The position numbers were made by a program, and so were the translations under genes. The notes below the pieces were generated by a model. That model worked only from the letters and a program-made list of their open reading frames with translations. It had not been told where the DNA came from and ran no database searches. A stretch of 51,620 nt of DNA from Candidatus Fermentibacterota bacterium (lineage in GTDB: Bacteria > Fermentibacterota > Fermentibacteria > Fermentibacterales > Fermentibacteraceae), in contig JAAYTY010000144.1 in assembly GCA_012523605.1 (NCBI GenBank), forward strand, positions 1 to 51,620, given 5' to 3'. Position 1 is the first letter of the stretch; each line of letters begins with the position of its first letter. Of this stretch, positions 1 to 9,172 are shown one piece after another.

Positions 1-61
1 AACCCGGATTGGGATGATCTCCACCGGGCCGGAGCGCGACGACATCATCCTGAGGAAATGA
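1..61 (+). CDS. purA: 3' end of adenylosuccinate synthetase (partial)
   Basis: Frame 2 reads TRIGMISTGPERDDIILRK*, matching the typical PurA C-terminal 'ISTGP.R' motif. Stop TGA 59-61 overlaps the next ATG (ATGA). Only 19 codons are visible. Confidence 0.7.
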   Translation, partial: TRIGMISTGPERDDIILRK

Positions 62-1431
62 CGGGGTCCGGTCCCCACGCCCGTTTCGCCGACACGCACT
101 GCCACCTGTGCTTCGATGCGTTCGAACACGACCTCGAGCAGGTTCTGGAGCGGGCCTCCCGCTCCGGCGTCGATCTCTGCGTCGTGCCCGGAACCGACCT
201 CGCGACGAGCAGGAAGGCCGTATCCCTCGCAGGGAGTCACGGATCGGTCGCCGCGGCCGTCGGACTCCATCCCTGCGAGGAGCACCGCGGGAGCGACATG
301 GCGGAGATCAGGCGTCTGGCCTTCGAGCCGGGAGTCCATGCGATAGGCGAGACGGGCCTGGACATGAAGAGGATGGAAAGACCCCTGGATGAGCAGGAGG
401 AACTCTTCCAGAGTCACATGTCGCTGGCTGAGGCCACGGGACTGCCTCTGGTGGTCCACAGCAGGATGGCCGAGCCCCGTGTGCTTTCCATGCTCGACGG
501 CCATGAAGGGACCGTCGTTCTGCACTGCTACACGGGAAGCTGCAGAGAGGCGCGCGAGGCCGCCGACAGGGGATACTTCCTGGGATTCTCCGGGGCCGTG
601 ACCTACGGTGTGAACAGCGAGCTGAGACGCATCGCCGCCTCCCTGCCGCCAGGCTGCATTCTCTCGGAGACCGACGCGCCCTTCATGGCTCCCGCAAGCC
701 ACAGGGGCGGCCGGTCGGAGCCGGCGATGGTCGCTCTCACGGCAGGTGTCATCGCCGGGACTCGCGCCGAACCCGGATGGAAGGTCGCGGAGACCCTTAG
801 GGAGAACGCCGACAGGGCGTTCCTGCTCGGAAGATGGAAGAAACCCGCGACGCTCTACATCCTCGGCCGGCGGGCCTACGTGAATCCCACAGGGATGTGC
901 ACAAACGACTGCGCGTTCTGCGTAAGGAAGTTCAAGGCCGGCCTCGGCGGCTACCATCTCAGGCACGAGGGAGGGGATCCTCCCGAGAGTCTTGTGCTGG
1001 GCTCGATCGGAGCCCTCGATCCCGACGGCTTCGAAGAGCTGGTCTTCTGCGGATACGGCGAGCCCACCATGCGGCCCGGCCTCCTGGAGAAGGCGGTCCT
1101 CGAGGCCCGGGCCGCCGGCTGGAGGACGAGGCTCGATACGAACGGCCTTGCCGGGGCTCTTCTGGGAATGGAGGAGGCCATCAGACTCGCGCTCCTCTTC
1201 GACTCAACAAGCATCAGCCTCAACGCCCATGACGGAGAATCCTATGCACGCATCTGCAGACCCTCCATCCCCGGATCGTGGGAGAGCCTGATCGAGTTCG
1301 TGCACAGGATGGCGGCGAGCGGAGCGTCGGTCAGGCTGACCGCCGTCCGATGGCCGGGGGTGGACATGGACGCCGTCGGGCGCCTCGCCTCCTCCCTGGG
1401 CCATGTCCTGGTGGAGAGGGGGGGCGTGTGA
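58..1431 (+). CDS. tatD: TatD-family DNase fused to a TatD-associated radical SAM domain
   Basis: The N-half has TatD motifs DTHCHL, AVGLHP, AIGETGLD, VVHSR, LHCY and SETDAPF. The C-half has YVNPTGMCTNDCAFC (CxxxCxxC), VFCGYGEPT, RLDTNG and SISLNA. Confidence 0.92.
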   Translation: MTGSGPHARFADTHCHLCFDAFEHDLEQVLERASRSGVDLCVVPGTDLATSRKAVSLAGSHGSVAAAVGLHPCEEHRGSDMAEIRRLAFEPGVHAIGETGLDMKRMERPLDEQEELFQSHMSLAEATGLPLVVHSRMAEPRVLSMLDGHEGTVVLHCYTGSCREAREAADRGYFLGFSGAVTYGVNSELRRIAASLPPGCILSETDAPFMAPASHRGGRSEPAMVALTAGVIAGTRAEPGWKVAETLRENADRAFLLGRWKKPATLYILGRRAYVNPTGMCTNDCAFCVRKFKAGLGGYHLRHEGGDPPESLVLGSIGALDPDGFEELVFCGYGEPTMRPGLLEKAVLEARAAGWRTRLDTNGLAGALLGMEEAIRLALLFDSTSISLNAHDGESYARICRPSIPGSWESLIEFVHRMAASGASVRLTAVRWPGVDMDAVGRLASSLGHVLVERGGV

Positions 1432-2243
1432 CAGCGGCGGAGGTGCGCGGCATCCTGTCAAGGATCGGCGTGACGCCCTCGAGGTCGCTGGGCCAGCACT
1501 TCCTGCTGAGCGAGGGGGCGGCGGAGCGGATAGCCTCCGCTGCGCGAGGGAGGAGCACGCTGGAGATCGGGCCGGGCCTCGGCATCCTCACGAGGCACCT
1601 GGCGGGGCACTCCGGGTCGGTCACCGCCGTGGAGATCAGCGCGCCGCTCTCCGCGTTCCTCGGATCGGGCATCCTGCGGCCCGGCATAAACGTGGTCAAC
1701 GCCGACTTCCTTGCCGCGGATCCCTCGTCCCTGCCCGGATACCCCTTCGACACAGTTGCCGGAAACCTGCCCTACGGCATCTCTACGGCCGTCCTGTCCG
1801 CGATCTCGGGACCGCGGTTCTCCCGAGTCTCACGGGCGGTTCTCATGCTCCAGACGGAGGTCGCCGCGAGGGCCTCCTGCCTTTCTGGCGGAAAGGAGTA
1901 CGGACGCCTGTCCCTGATGCTCTGGCCGGAGTTCACCGTCGCCCGGCTCCTTGACGCGGGACCCGGGGATTTCTATCCACAGCCTGCGGTGAGCTCCAGG
2001 GTCATCGTCCTGGACAGGAGGCCCGAGCCGATGGTGCCGTCCGGAATGATGGTTCCGTTCAGGAGGATGGTGAAGGTCTGCTTTGCATCGAGGAGGAAGA
2101 CGATCCTGAACAACCTCGCCGCGCTGAAGGGGAGGGACGAGGCGCTGCGCCTCCTCGGGCGTGCCGGCATAGAGCCCGGCCTGAGGGCGGAGCAGGTGCC
2201 CCCCGAGGGATTCGCGCGCCTGGCCTCCCTGGAGACCGCGTGA
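1428..2243 (+). CDS. rsmA: 16S rRNA m6,2A dimethyltransferase RsmA/KsgA
   Basis: LGQHFL, LEIGPGLGILT, AGNLPYGIS, LMLQTEVAAR, RRKTILNNL and RAEQ motifs. GTG start at 1428 overlaps the tatD stop (GTGA), so the ORF-track start at 1278 is too long. Confidence 0.95.
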   Translation: MTAAEVRGILSRIGVTPSRSLGQHFLLSEGAAERIASAARGRSTLEIGPGLGILTRHLAGHSGSVTAVEISAPLSAFLGSGILRPGINVVNADFLAADPSSLPGYPFDTVAGNLPYGISTAVLSAISGPRFSRVSRAVLMLQTEVAARASCLSGGKEYGRLSLMLWPEFTVARLLDAGPGDFYPQPAVSSRVIVLDRRPEPMVPSGMMVPFRRMVKVCFASRRKTILNNLAALKGRDEALRLLGRAGIEPGLRAEQVPPEGFARLASLETA

Positions 2244-4060
2244 GACGGCTTCTGCTCACCGCGGCTCTCGCCGCCCTGGCTGCGGATGCACCTGCCTACG
2301 ACATCTCCTATTCGCTGGGGCTGGACCAGTTCAAGAGCACGAGGAGGCTCACGAACACCCTCTTCCTCACCCAGCAGCTCACCGAAGAGTTCGCCATGAA
2401 CGTGAACACGACCTTCTCCGCCGACAGGAGCGACGACCTCGACAGGTTCCTCGACAACCGAAGCGGCAGAGCCTGGATCAGCTGGACACCGTCGAGATCC
2501 GTGGAGATCGCAACCAGCATCGCGCGCACTATCCAGCTTGAGGAGCGCTTCGGGCAGACGATCCTCGACCAGGTGGACAACACCGCCACGGGCGAAGTCC
2601 GCTTTCGACCCGCGCAGTGGATCGGCACTGAAATCGGTCTGGGCTCGCACTATCTCGACTACGAGAACGTATCCGGCGACTCCACCGTTTCCGGGCACGA
2701 CGAGGGCGGGGTGAGGAATGCCTCGGTCAGTATGAGCAGAAACTTGTTCAGCAGGCTGGGCGCGAGCCTCTCGCTCGGAGAGCGCCGTACCCTGGGGCGC
2801 CAGTACGACATGGGCAGCGACGATCTCCTCCTACGGATGACCTACTCGTTCCCCGGGGGATACGAAGGGGGCTCCATCGAGGCTCAGGCCGGAGCCGCGC
2901 GGATGTTCACGTCCTACGCCGACTCCCAGTACAGCCATCGAGAGCAGGACTGGAGCCACAGCCTCATGATCACCGCTCCCACCCTGATGGAGAACCTCAG
3001 CCTGCAGGTCTCGACCGACTGGTCCTGGAACAACCGCTACTGGGACAACCCAGCCGACACCACTGGCGCCGGCGATCCCAGGGACAGGCTGGAGCGGGCG
3101 CGCGGGATTTCCGGCAGGCTCCTGTGGAGCATGATGGACGACCTCGATCTGGAGTTCACCCTGACCCGGACCTTCGACAGGAACGACAGGAAGAGGACCT
3201 CGCCCGGGGTGCCCGAGGTATTCGAGGTATATGACGTTTCGGACAACAGGCTGTTCTCCTCCCGCGTCTCGTACACTCCCGGGGAGTCCAGGATCACCTT
3301 CGAGAGGAGCATCCAGCTCTTCCGGTTCGACACCGAGGGCACGTGGGAAGACCAGTTCGGCTTCGTGTACGAGGACGACAGCGACAGGGACGAGCAGAGA
3401 CAGCTCCTCTCGCTGACCGCCGAGATACCATTCACGGGAAGGCTCGTCGTCCTGGGCCAGGTTCAGGGCCAGAGGATCGAATCGGTCTATCTCCGGGCGG
3501 AGCAGTCGGGCAACAGCAAGACCTCGTCCACCTACAGCTTCTCCCCCGGATACCGGTACGACTTCGGCGGGGGCTGGGAGATGGAGCACGAAGTGCGTCT
3601 GAGCGCCGACTACACGACCTTCAGATTCCCCGGGAGCAGCTTCTCGGGGAACGATCTCCTCTTCAGGAGGCTCGACTCGCAGTTGAGACTGGGCCGCCTC
3701 TCCTCCGACTCGACCTCGCTCGGCATCAGCCACAGGCTGAGGCTGCAGGACCAGGGCACGCTGGAGGATCGAGTGTATGGACCGTACGAGCAGAGCGCGA
3801 ACAGCGTTCTGACCCTCGACACGGGGTTCCATATCGGTGACGGGATCGGAGTCACGCCGAGCTACTCCTACGAGTACTCCATCCGCGACTTCCTCGGGAG
3901 CTCGTCCCCCAGCCTGACGGAGCACCTGCACCACGCAGGCCTGAGGACGAGGATGGACGTGGGGAAGGGCGAACTCGCCCTGCAGATCACCAGAACCTTC
4001 TATGCCGACGGCAGGCCCAGCTACTGGAAGGCCTCCGTCGGCTTCGACTACGTACCGTGA
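2240..4060 (+). CDS. Secreted protein, probable outer-membrane beta-barrel (606 aa), function unknown
   Basis: Signal peptide MRRLLLTAALAALAADA, alternating Ser/Thr/aromatic beta-strand pattern throughout, C-terminal WKASVGFDYVP. Overlaps the rsmA stop (GTGA). Confidence 0.7.
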   Translation: MRRLLLTAALAALAADAPAYDISYSLGLDQFKSTRRLTNTLFLTQQLTEEFAMNVNTTFSADRSDDLDRFLDNRSGRAWISWTPSRSVEIATSIARTIQLEERFGQTILDQVDNTATGEVRFRPAQWIGTEIGLGSHYLDYENVSGDSTVSGHDEGGVRNASVSMSRNLFSRLGASLSLGERRTLGRQYDMGSDDLLLRMTYSFPGGYEGGSIEAQAGAARMFTSYADSQYSHREQDWSHSLMITAPTLMENLSLQVSTDWSWNNRYWDNPADTTGAGDPRDRLERARGISGRLLWSMMDDLDLEFTLTRTFDRNDRKRTSPGVPEVFEVYDVSDNRLFSSRVSYTPGESRITFERSIQLFRFDTEGTWEDQFGFVYEDDSDRDEQRQLLSLTAEIPFTGRLVVLGQVQGQRIESVYLRAEQSGNSKTSSTYSFSPGYRYDFGGGWEMEHEVRLSADYTTFRFPGSSFSGNDLLFRRLDSQLRLGRLSSDSTSLGISHRLRLQDQGTLEDRVYGPYEQSANSVLTLDTGFHIGDGIGVTPSYSYEYSIRDFLGSSSPSLTEHLHHAGLRTRMDVGKGELALQITRTFYADGRPSYWKASVGFDYVP

Positions 4061-4692
4061 TTCCCTCACGCCAGCCGAAGGCGCCGCGTCGGGACCCGGG
4101 GCTCGCCGCCCTGGCCGTCGTAGCGGCTATCACCTGCTCCTGCTCCCTGTTCGAGCCCAGGACGCCCGAGGATCCAGGCGGCGGGGGATCGTTCTGGCAG
4201 TACCCGTCCGCACCGTGGATCGTGGTGAACAACGTGGACGGCTCCCTCGAGGCCCGGTCGATAACTCTCTACATGACTTCGCTCGACACATCGTTCGTAT
4301 TCGTCCCCGACGCCGCCGACAGCGTCGAGTTCGGAGGCTTCCTGGACTTCTCGAGCTGGGATTACGCCGACGAACAGAACACGATCACCAACCTCTTCGC
4401 TCAGGTGGCCGCCGAGGACAGCGTGATCGTCGCGGACTTCTCCTTCGTCGAGGGATACCCCGACCCCCCCGCGCCGACGGACAGCGCGACGATATGGCGC
4501 GACTACGAGATCGTCATCGTGGGAAGCGGCTTCGCGGAGTGGGGGAATCCGCTCAGGGGAAGGGCGAGGATCACCCTGACCGAGAGCTCGACCGCCACCT
4601 GGGCCGTCTCGCTCTGGGAGGACTTCAGGCCGGACGACTACACGCCAGGCGAGGAGTACACCTGGGGCTACGCAAAGGCCTCCTATCGCTGA
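4057..4692 (+). CDS. Hypothetical lipoprotein, possibly NTF2/SnoaL-like fold
   Basis: Hydrophobic stretch ending ITCSC followed by SLFEPRTPEDP; acidic mature part. Translationally coupled to the upstream barrel gene (GTGA). The fold is a guess. Confidence 0.65.
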   Translation: MIPSRQPKAPRRDPGLAALAVVAAITCSCSLFEPRTPEDPGGGGSFWQYPSAPWIVVNNVDGSLEARSITLYMTSLDTSFVFVPDAADSVEFGGFLDFSSWDYADEQNTITNLFAQVAAEDSVIVADFSFVEGYPDPPAPTDSATIWRDYEIVIVGSGFAEWGNPLRGRARITLTESSTATWAVSLWEDFRPDDYTPGEEYTWGYAKASYR

Positions 4693-4723
4693 CGGAGCGC
4701 ACGGAGCTCCCGATCCGCCGGGC

Positions 4724-5350
4724 ATGACCTCCGACACCATCGCCCTGGTGGACGGTCTCCCGCCCGGCTGGGGGGGTCTGGCCTTCGACCTCTGCTCCGG
4801 CCCCGGCCACGCGGCCTTCGAGGCCGCGGCCCTCTGCCCCGGCCGTGCCTGGATCCTCGTCGACACGAACCGGGAACTTCTCCGCGCGGCGGCGCGGAAG
4901 GCGGCAGGCCTGACTGCCGGATCGTCGTTCATGTTCGCCTGCTGTGATGCGGAAAGCGTCCCGTTCGCCTTCAGCGCCGGATGCGCCGGGCTGGTTCTCT
5001 GCAATCCCCCGTACGAACCGCCCGGGGCCGGCCGGGCTCCGGCGGGAAGGGCGAGGCGCGAGTCGAGGATCGCTCCCGACTCCTTCGGCACCGCCAGGTT
5101 CGTCGCAGCCGCGGGGCATCTGCTGGAAAGGGGAGGCGGTCTGAGGATCCTGGCCAGGCCGTCGGGACTGGTCGCCCTGCTCAGAGCCCTGGATGCCTTC
5201 GGGCTGGGCTCCTTCGTAGTGCGCCCGTGGGGGGCGCCGGGGGCTCCGGCCGTGCTCGTCAGGGTGGACTGCGTGAAGGGCGGGCGCGGAGGGCTCGTCC
5301 TCGCCCCGCAGGAACCGCGGCCCGCCTTCGCGGGGCCGCCCGCATCGTGA
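4724..5350 (+). CDS. SAM-dependent N6-adenine-type methyltransferase (TrmN6/YfiC-like, divergent)
   Basis: Motif I FDLCSGPG and motif IV LCNPPY, then R..ARRE and AAGHLL..GG as in TrmN6-like enzymes. Confidence 0.65.
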   Translation: MTSDTIALVDGLPPGWGGLAFDLCSGPGHAAFEAAALCPGRAWILVDTNRELLRAAARKAAGLTAGSSFMFACCDAESVPFAFSAGCAGLVLCNPPYEPPGAGRAPAGRARRESRIAPDSFGTARFVAAAGHLLERGGGLRILARPSGLVALLRALDAFGLGSFVVRPWGAPGAPAVLVRVDCVKGGRGGLVLAPQEPRPAFAGPPAS

Positions 5351-5356
5351 TATGAT
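5348..5356 (+). promoter_or_regulatory. Possible extended -10 promoter (TGaTATGAT) for the cpsB-rmlD-gmhA-flippase operon
   Basis: TG-n-TATGAT about 50 bp upstream of the TTG start at 5408, which has a GGAGGTG ribosome-binding site. The -35 is weak. Confidence 0.4.
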
Positions 5357-5407
5357 CCCCTCTGGACCCGACCCGCCGTCGGCAGTCCGGCCGGGCATGG
5401 AGGTGGC

Positions 5408-6148
5408 TTGAGAATCGTAGACGCCCACTGCCATCTGCTGCCGCTAATCGACGACGGCCCCGGGGGATGGGACGAGGCCGAGGCTCTCCTCGGAAGGCTC
5501 GCCGTCTCTCTGGGGAGCGGCTCGCTGTGCTTCGCCTCTCCTCATGTGAGGTTTTCGGCCTGCGCCGCACAGTCCTCCCCCGTTCATGCCAGGATGGACG
5601 AGTACACGGCGGTCGTGGAGAAGGCCGCGGGAGGGATGAGGGTGGGACTGGCTCCGGAGATCCTTCTCGATGCTCTCTCTCCGGTTCCGCCCGAGCTCTC
5701 CTTCATGTGCTACCCCGGGACGAACCGCCTGCTCGTCGAGCTCCCGCCGCGATTGCCCGGTATGATCGCCGTCCTGATGCTCGGCCGCCTCGCAAGACGC
5801 GGATTCTCGCTGATGCTGGCGCATCCCGAGAGATATCGCTTCGCCCAGAGGAGATCCTCCGCCGTCGTCTCCCTTGCCTCGGCCGGAATAGCACTGCAGA
5901 TCAGCCTGCGCAGCCTGCGAAGCCCCCTTTCCGCCGTCAGGCTAACGGCGGAACGCCTGCTGCGGGACGGCCTCTGCCATGTTCTGGCGAGCGACTGCCA
6001 TCATCCCGGAGATGCCATGCTGACGGAGTGCAGGGGCGAGATCGACACGCTCTCGGGAAGGGGATCCTGGGACATCCTCTGCCGCACGAACCCGTCCGCG
6101 GTGGTCGAGGGCGGGCGACCCGTGCTCCTCAGGGAGGCCCTGCCATGA
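5408..6148 (+). CDS. CpsB/CapC-family PHP tyrosine-protein phosphatase
   Basis: VDAHCHLLPLIDDGP, ASPH, LLVELP, LAHPERY and LASDCHH motifs. Confidence 0.88.
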   Translation: MRIVDAHCHLLPLIDDGPGGWDEAEALLGRLAVSLGSGSLCFASPHVRFSACAAQSSPVHARMDEYTAVVEKAAGGMRVGLAPEILLDALSPVPPELSFMCYPGTNRLLVELPPRLPGMIAVLMLGRLARRGFSLMLAHPERYRFAQRRSSAVVSLASAGIALQISLRSLRSPLSAVRLTAERLLRDGLCHVLASDCHHPGDAMLTECRGEIDTLSGRGSWDILCRTNPSAVVEGGRPVLLREALP

Positions 6149-6951
6149 GCCGGCCCGTGTTCCTCGTCATCGGCTCGGCCGGGCTCCTGGGGAGGCACTT
6201 CATGTCCGCCCTGGGCGACTCCGCCACCGGCCTCGACCTTCCGGAGTTCGATCTGCTCGGCGGCTGCGAGGCGGTGCGCTCAGCGGTGAGGTCGTCGGGC
6301 GCCGGGGTGGTCATCAACTGCGCCGCCATGACCGACGTCGACGGCTGCGAGGAGCATCCCGCCGCCGCGTATGCCCTGCACAGGGACGCCGTCGGCATCC
6401 TGGCCTCGGTGTCTCCTCTGCTGGTCACCTTCGGCACCGATCATTCCTTCTACGGTCCCGGCTCCGCTCCGAGGCTCGAAGCCGATCCTACCGCCCCCGC
6501 CAACACCTATGCCAGGAGCAAGCTCCAGGGCGAAGCTCTGGCGCTCGGGACCGGGCGCTCCGTGGTGGTCAGAACCTCCTGGCTCTTCGCCGGCGACAGG
6601 GGCATCGTTCCGTATCTCGCCGGGGATCCGTCCCGCACCGGCCCCGTTCGCGCCGTCACGGACCAGAAGGCGTGCGTCACATACGCCCCGGATCTCGTGG
6701 ATGCAGTGCTTTCGATCCTCCGTGACGGAGGCATGGGCCTTTATCACCTCGTGAACCCCGGAGAGGTCTCTCCGTTCGAACTCGCCGCGGAGCTCCGCTC
6801 CGGGAGCATGGAGGATCCGATCCCCGTGAGATGGGAGGACCTCCGGCTTCCGGCCCGCAGGCCCCGCTACTCCGCCCTGGGAACCTCCAGAGGCTATGTT
6901 CTTCCGTCGCGTCAGGACGCTCTGAATCGCTGGAGGCGAAACAATGGGTGA
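6145..6951 (+). CDS. rmlD: dTDP-4-dehydrorhamnose reductase (RmlD/RfbD family)
   Basis: IGSAGLLG, NCAAMTDVDGCE, TD, YARSKLQGE (YxxxK), RTSWLF, DQ..C.TY..DL and A.RPRYSAL. ATG 6145 overlaps the upstream stop. Confidence 0.85.
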   Translation: MSRPVFLVIGSAGLLGRHFMSALGDSATGLDLPEFDLLGGCEAVRSAVRSSGAGVVINCAAMTDVDGCEEHPAAAYALHRDAVGILASVSPLLVTFGTDHSFYGPGSAPRLEADPTAPANTYARSKLQGEALALGTGRSVVVRTSWLFAGDRGIVPYLAGDPSRTGPVRAVTDQKACVTYAPDLVDAVLSILRDGGMGLYHLVNPGEVSPFELAAELRSGSMEDPIPVRWEDLRLPARRPRYSALGTSRGYVLPSRQDALNRWRRNNG

Positions 6952-7504
6952 GATCGGAGACTACCTGGCTGAGGCCGTCGCCGCCCTCGGTTCGCTCGAC
7001 CCCGGCGGGCTCGAGAGGGCCGCCGGCATCTGCGCGGACTCGATCCGCGCCGGAGGCACCGTATTCTTCTGCGGGAACGGTGGGAGCGCCGCCGATTCGA
7101 TGCACCTCGCCGCGGAGCTGGTCGGCCGGTTCGGCAGGGACAGAGCCCCGATCAGAGCCGTTGCGCTGACCGCGGACACGGCTGTCCTCACCGCCGTGGC
7201 GAACGACTACGGATACGACCGGGTGTTCGCGCGGCAGATCGAGGCCCTTGGGCGGACAGGCGACGTGCTCGTCGCCATATCCACCAGCGGATCCTCTCCA
7301 AGCGTCCTGCGGGCGGTCGAAGCGGCCCGCGCGGCCGGCATGAAGGTGGTGGCGATGACGGGTGAGAAGGGCGGAGGATTCGCCGCTTCGGCCGATGCGG
7401 CAGTCGTCTCCCCTTCCGGCTTTCCCGGGCACGTGCAGGAGGTCCTTCTTGCCGCCGGCCACGCCCTGTGCCTCGCCGTGGAGAACTCGGTCCGCGGCTC
7501 ATGA
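6944..7504 (+). CDS. gmhA: Phosphoheptose isomerase
   Basis: CGNGGSAADSMHLAAEL, TAVANDYGYDRVFARQIEALG, GDVLVAISTSGSS and HVQEV. Confidence 0.95.
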   Translation: MGEIGDYLAEAVAALGSLDPGGLERAAGICADSIRAGGTVFFCGNGGSAADSMHLAAELVGRFGRDRAPIRAVALTADTAVLTAVANDYGYDRVFARQIEALGRTGDVLVAISTSGSSPSVLRAVEAARAAGMKVVAMTGEKGGGFAASADAAVVSPSGFPGHVQEVLLAAGHALCLAVENSVRGS

Positions 7505-8493
7505 GGAGGGGCAGAACCCTCCTCCAGCTCTCGATCGGCCTCGCCGTGGCGGGGCTCGCTCTGTGGCTGACCTACCGCAGGGTCCCCCCGGGGGATCTGC
7601 TGGATCTCCTGGAGGATGCGCGCTGGGGCTGGCTGCTGGTGGTCCTGCCGCCGCTCGCGGCGAGCTACGTGTTCAGGATCCTGCGATGGATGGTCCTGCT
7701 GGGACCGGTCAGGGCGGTCCGCTTCCGGGATGCTGCGTTCCCTCTTCTGGCTGGCTTCATGGTGAACTCGATCCTCCCGGCAAGGGCCGGCGAGATAGTG
7801 AGGGTTCTGCTCCTGTCACGGCGCACAGGCGTGCCGAAGGCTTCCGCGCTGGGCACGGTGGTTCTCGACAGGATATTCGACGGACTTACGCTGACGGCCA
7901 TGACGCTCGGCTGCATCGCCGGGCTCTGGTCCGGCCTGGGAGCCGGGGTCCGGCTCGGTCTGGTGGCGGCCAGCGCCATGTACGTCTTCATGCTCCTGTT
8001 CGCGGTGGCGCTGCGCAGATGGCGCGGCGGCGCCGCCCGGGCCGTCGCCCGGCCCCTGGCCCGGGCGGGCCTGAAGCGCCCCGCCGAGAAGCTGGAGAGT
8101 GTGCTCCTTTCGTTCTCCGAGGGACTGGCGACCATCCAGAGCGGCAGGGAGGTGCTCTTCCTCGCGCTGACCTCGGCAGGGGTGTGGGGAAGCCTCGCAC
8201 TCTCCATTTACCCGGTGTTCTACGCGCTCGGACTGCCGCTGGCATGGCACTACCCGGTGATTGTGCTCGTTCTGGCCGCCTTCGGCATGCTGGTCCCGAC
8301 ACCCGCCGGCACCGGGACTGTGCATGCCGCTCTCGCAGCTGTGCTCCCCGCAGTGACGGAGCTGACGACCGGGCAGGCCATGGTTCTCGCCCTCCTGTTC
8401 CATGCCACCCAGTTCCTGCCGGTCATAGCGGCAGGCATCGCGGCGGCGGTTCACGAGGGGGTGCGCCCTCTGGAAGTGGCGGAGGCCGGCTGA
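7501..8493 (+). CDS. Lysylphosphatidylglycerol-synthase TM (AglD2/YbhN-like) flippase-domain membrane protein
   Basis: RILRW, NSILPARAGEIVR, DRIFDG and PTPAGTG motifs with multiple TM helices. ATG 7501 overlaps the gmhA stop. Confidence 0.85.
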   Translation: MRRGRTLLQLSIGLAVAGLALWLTYRRVPPGDLLDLLEDARWGWLLVVLPPLAASYVFRILRWMVLLGPVRAVRFRDAAFPLLAGFMVNSILPARAGEIVRVLLLSRRTGVPKASALGTVVLDRIFDGLTLTAMTLGCIAGLWSGLGAGVRLGLVAASAMYVFMLLFAVALRRWRGGAARAVARPLARAGLKRPAEKLESVLLSFSEGLATIQSGREVLFLALTSAGVWGSLALSIYPVFYALGLPLAWHYPVIVLVLAAFGMLVPTPAGTGTVHAALAAVLPAVTELTTGQAMVLALLFHATQFLPVIAAGIAAAVHEGVRPLEVAEAG

Positions 8494-8585
8494 TCCGGCG
8501 CGCCAGGCTGGCCGCCCGGAACGGCCGCCGCCCGGAAATGCCATGTCATTGCATTCCACTGCAACCACTTGCCATGACAAAGATG

Positions 8586-8602
8586 CTGGCCTGATTGTTG
8601 CT
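8586..8602 (+). promoter_or_regulatory. Putative sigma54 (-24/-12) promoter
   Basis: CTGGCCTGATTGTTGCT, with GG (8588-89) and GC (8600-01) separated by exactly 10 nt, about 70 bp upstream of the FmdB start. Confidence 0.55.
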
Positions 8603-8672
8603 TGATCGAATCGCGTATCGTTTCCTGCGACCCTGAGGGCAGGGTCGGGCCCGAAATGAAACCGGAGGCACG

Positions 8673-8951
8673 ATGCCCACCTACGAGTACGAATGCGAAG
8701 GCTGTGGAAGCCGCTTCGAGCGTTTCCAGCAGATGACCGAGGCCCCGCTTACGAAATGCCCTTCCTGCGGAGGCAGCGTCAGGCGCATCATAGGCACCGG
8801 ATCGGGCATCATCTTCAAGGGGGCCGGCTTCTACGCCACCGACTACCGGAAAGGAGCCTGCCCCGAAGGGAAGGGCTCGTGCGAGGCCGCCAGGCCCTCC
8901 GACGACTCCGGAGGACATACCTGCTCCGGGGGATGCTGCCGAGACAAGTAG
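8673..8951 (+). CDS. FmdB-family zinc-ribbon regulatory protein
   Basis: MPTYEYECEGCG...KCPSCG...IIFKGAGFYATDY signature, Cys-rich tail, GGAGG ribosome-binding site. Confidence 0.9.
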   Translation: MPTYEYECEGCGSRFERFQQMTEAPLTKCPSCGGSVRRIIGTGSGIIFKGAGFYATDYRKGACPEGKGSCEAARPSDDSGGHTCSGGCCRDK

Positions 8952-9172
8952 GGCGGAGAGTCGGTCCGTCCGCCGCCGGTTCCCTTCTGCTCCGGCCGTG
9001 AGCTGCCTCTGATCCGCCTCTGACAGGGGAAGGACCACCCCCCGGCATGGTGCGGCGCCGGCCTCAGCCCGTGCCCGGCGCCCTGCGATCCGCGTTATCC
9101 CTGAACCCATCCGCCCCGCGCCGTTCTATATTCACGGCTCAGGCTGGTGACACCCAATCCCGGGGGGACCGG

